Below the pieces are notes generated by a model that was not told the origin of the DNA, searched no databases, and worked only from the letters and a program-made list of their open reading frames with translations. A stretch of 34,268 nt of DNA from Candidatus Krumholzibacteriia bacterium (GTDB lineage Bacteria; Krumholzibacteriota; Krumholzibacteriia; WVZY01), in NCBI GenBank assembly GCA_036478295.1, contig JAZGDW010000125.1:1-34268 (forward strand), written 5' to 3'. The translations under genes and the position numbers were made by a program. Positions 32,484-34,268 of this stretch are shown here, piece after piece; the first letter of the stretch is position 1; every line of letters begins with the position of its first letter.

Positions 32484-34268
32484 GTTGCTGCCGACGACGG
32501 GCGCGCTCATTCCAAAAATCTTGAACAGGAACGCGTAGATATCCGCAGCCTCCTCGATGCGCTTGGTCGTGGGCTTGCCGGCGCCGTGGCCCGCCTTGGT
32601 CTCGATGCGAATCAGGATCGGGTTCTCTCCGGCGTCCGCCGCCTGCACCGTCGCCGCGAATTTCTTTGCATGAGACGGAACGACCCGGTCGTCGGTATCC
32701 GCGGTGGTGATGAGCATCGGTGGGTACGCCACACCTTTCTTCACGTTATGGAGCGGTGAATACGCGTACAAGAATTTGAAATGCTCGGGGTTCTCCACAG
32801 CGTTGCCATATTCTGGCACCCAGTAACGGCCCACGGTAAACCTGTGGTAGCGGAGCATGTCCGTCACGGGAACCCGGCAGATGCTCGCGCCGAACAGATC
32901 CGGACGCTGCAACATGCAAGCCGCCACCAGCAACCCGCCGTTGCTGCCGCCCTCGATAGCCAGGCGCTCCGTGCTCGTATACTTGTTGGCCACCAGCCAC
33001 TCGGCGGCGGCGATGAAATCGTCGAAGACGTTCTGCTTTTTCTCGAGCATCCCCGCCTGGTGCCATTCCTCGCCGTACTCGTCGCCGCCCCGCAGATTGG
33101 CCAGGGCGTACACGCCGCCGTTTTCCATCCATACCAGCCGCGTAATGGAGAACCTCGGCGTAAGGCTGATGTTGAAACCACCGTAGCCGTAGAGAAGCGT
33201 CGGGTTGTTGCCGTTGAGCTTCAGCCCCTTCTTGTACGTCAGGAACATCGGCACCCGGGTACCGTCTTTGGAGTGAAAGAACACCTGCTTGGTCTCGAAC
33301 GGGGTCGCATCGAAGTTGATCTCCGGCTGACGGAAAACCGAGACTTTGTTCTTTTTGAAATCGTAACGAAACGACGTTGTCGGATAGAGAAACGACGTGA
33401 ACGAGAAGAACATCTCCTTGTCCTTGCGTTCACCCGAGAGTCCTCCGACGGACCCTATGGTGGGCATCTCTATCTCGCGATGGAAACGTCCGTCCTTGCG
33501 ATAGATATTGAGCTTGTGGTGGGCGTCGTGCATGTAGGCGATAACGAATTCATCGTTGATCATGCTGGCAAAGTCGATGACATCCTCTGTCTCGCCAACG
33601 ACCTCCCGCCAGTGCTTGCGATCTGGTTTCTTGATATCGATGGCAATCACCCGTCCGCGAGGCGCGTCGAGATCCGTTTCGAAATAGAAGGTCGTGCCGA
33701 TGTTGTCGATAGCGTCGAACTTTGCCTCGTCGACCTGAAGCAATTTCATAAACTCGCCGTCACTGTCCATTTCGCGAAGGTAGATACCGTTCCTCGGATC
33801 GGTACCGTGATACACGTAGAGCACGAGGTACCTGCCGTCGTCGGTCGCATACGGGTAGAAACCCAGCTCTTTGTCTTGCTTGTCCTCGTAGACGAGCCTG
33901 TCTTCGGACTGCGGCGTGCCGAGCGTATGCCAGTAGACGCGGACGTAATTGTTCTGGTTTTCCTCGGACACTGAACCCGGCTCGGGCAAGCGGTTGTAGA
34001 AGAAACCCGAATTGTCTTTCTTCCACGCGATGCCCGTGAACTTGCACCACTTGAGGCTCTCGGAATGATCCTCTCCCGTATCCACGTTGCGAATCTTGAT
34101 CTCCTGCCAGTCGCTGCCGCTCTGGGTCACCCCGTACGCCAGAAACTTGCCGTCGCGGCTGTAGGTTCTCGCCCTCAGGGCGGCGGTGCCGTCCTCGCTG
34201 AGCTTGTTCGGGTCGAGCACGACCGAGGCTTCTCCGTCCAGTGACGTCTGCATGTAGAGCACGGATTG
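32481..34268 (-). CDS. Prolyl oligopeptidase (S9A), 5' truncated by the window edge
   Basis: LLYGYGGF, NLRGGDEYG, GGSNGG (Ser), DDRV (Asp), AGHG (His); frame is open to 34268. Confidence 0.96.
   Translation of the reverse strand, partial: QSVLYMQTSLDGEASVVLDPNKLSEDGTAALRARTYSRDGKFLAYGVTQSGSDWQEIKIRNVDTGEDHSESLKWCKFTGIAWKKDNSGFFYNRLPEPGSVSEENQNNYVRVYWHTLGTPQSEDRLVYEDKQDKELGFYPYATDDGRYLVLYVYHGTDPRNGIYLREMDSDGEFMKLLQVDEAKFDAIDNIGTTFYFETDLDAPRGRVIAIDIKKPDRKHWREVVGETEDVIDFASMINDEFVIAYMHDAHHKLNIYRKDGRFHREIEMPTIGSVGGLSGERKDKEMFFSFTSFLYPTTSFRYDFKKNKVSVFRQPEINFDATPFETKQVFFHSKDGTRVPMFLTYKKGLKLNGNNPTLLYGYGGFNISLTPRFSITRLVWMENGGVYALANLRGGDEYGEEWHQAGMLEKKQNVFDDFIAAAEWLVANKYTSTERLAIEGGSNGGLLVAACMLQRPDLFGASICRVPVTDMLRYHRFTVGRYWVPEYGNAVENPEHFKFLYAYSPLHNVKKGVAYPPMLITTADTDDRVVPSHAKKFAATVQAADAGENPILIRIETKAGHGAGKPTTKRIEEAADIYAFLFKIFGMSAPVVGSN

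Noticed and set aside
20171..33974. Long antisense ORFs (20171..21667, 28089..29612, 32781..33974; also 8029..9399, 9670..10944)
   Set aside because: Shadow frames of real genes in GC-rich DNA, with no recognisable motifs

Overview
GC-rich bacterial chromosomal window with about 27 CDS. The FlgD-Ig/T9SS-like C-terminal tail of the first gene suggests a diderm FCB-group lineage (inference). Left part: secreted GH32-like hydrolase, methyltransferase, outer-membrane barrel, GT-C/TPR glycosyltransferase, pyrE, a sigma54-type promoter ahead of a GYF/TPR membrane protein, an M16B peptidase pair, a three-gene proline/sarcosine-dehydrogenase-like operon and mscS. Middle (about 14.3-20.3 kb): a repeat-rich accessory zone. 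It holds a large HNH endonuclease with an exact in-frame 54-bp palindromic duplication, several unrelated short tandem arrays, a duplicated promoter module ahead of two adjacent genes, and a DUF3179 lipoprotein. The ORF track splits the DUF3179 gene in two, but it is very probably one selenoprotein (in-frame TGA at the conserved Cys plus a SECIS-like hairpin). Right part: acyl-CoA synthetase, ubiE/menG, a PQQ-dependent dehydrogenase, then an arsenosugar-type cluster (TIGR04283 GT, PiT, arsM, arsS) followed by a GT2/GT-C/GT2 triad, a roughly 210-bp rod-like palindromic element and a truncated prolyl oligopeptidase. No rRNA, tRNA or CRISPR array was seen. Family calls are from motif recognition by eye, not database searches.
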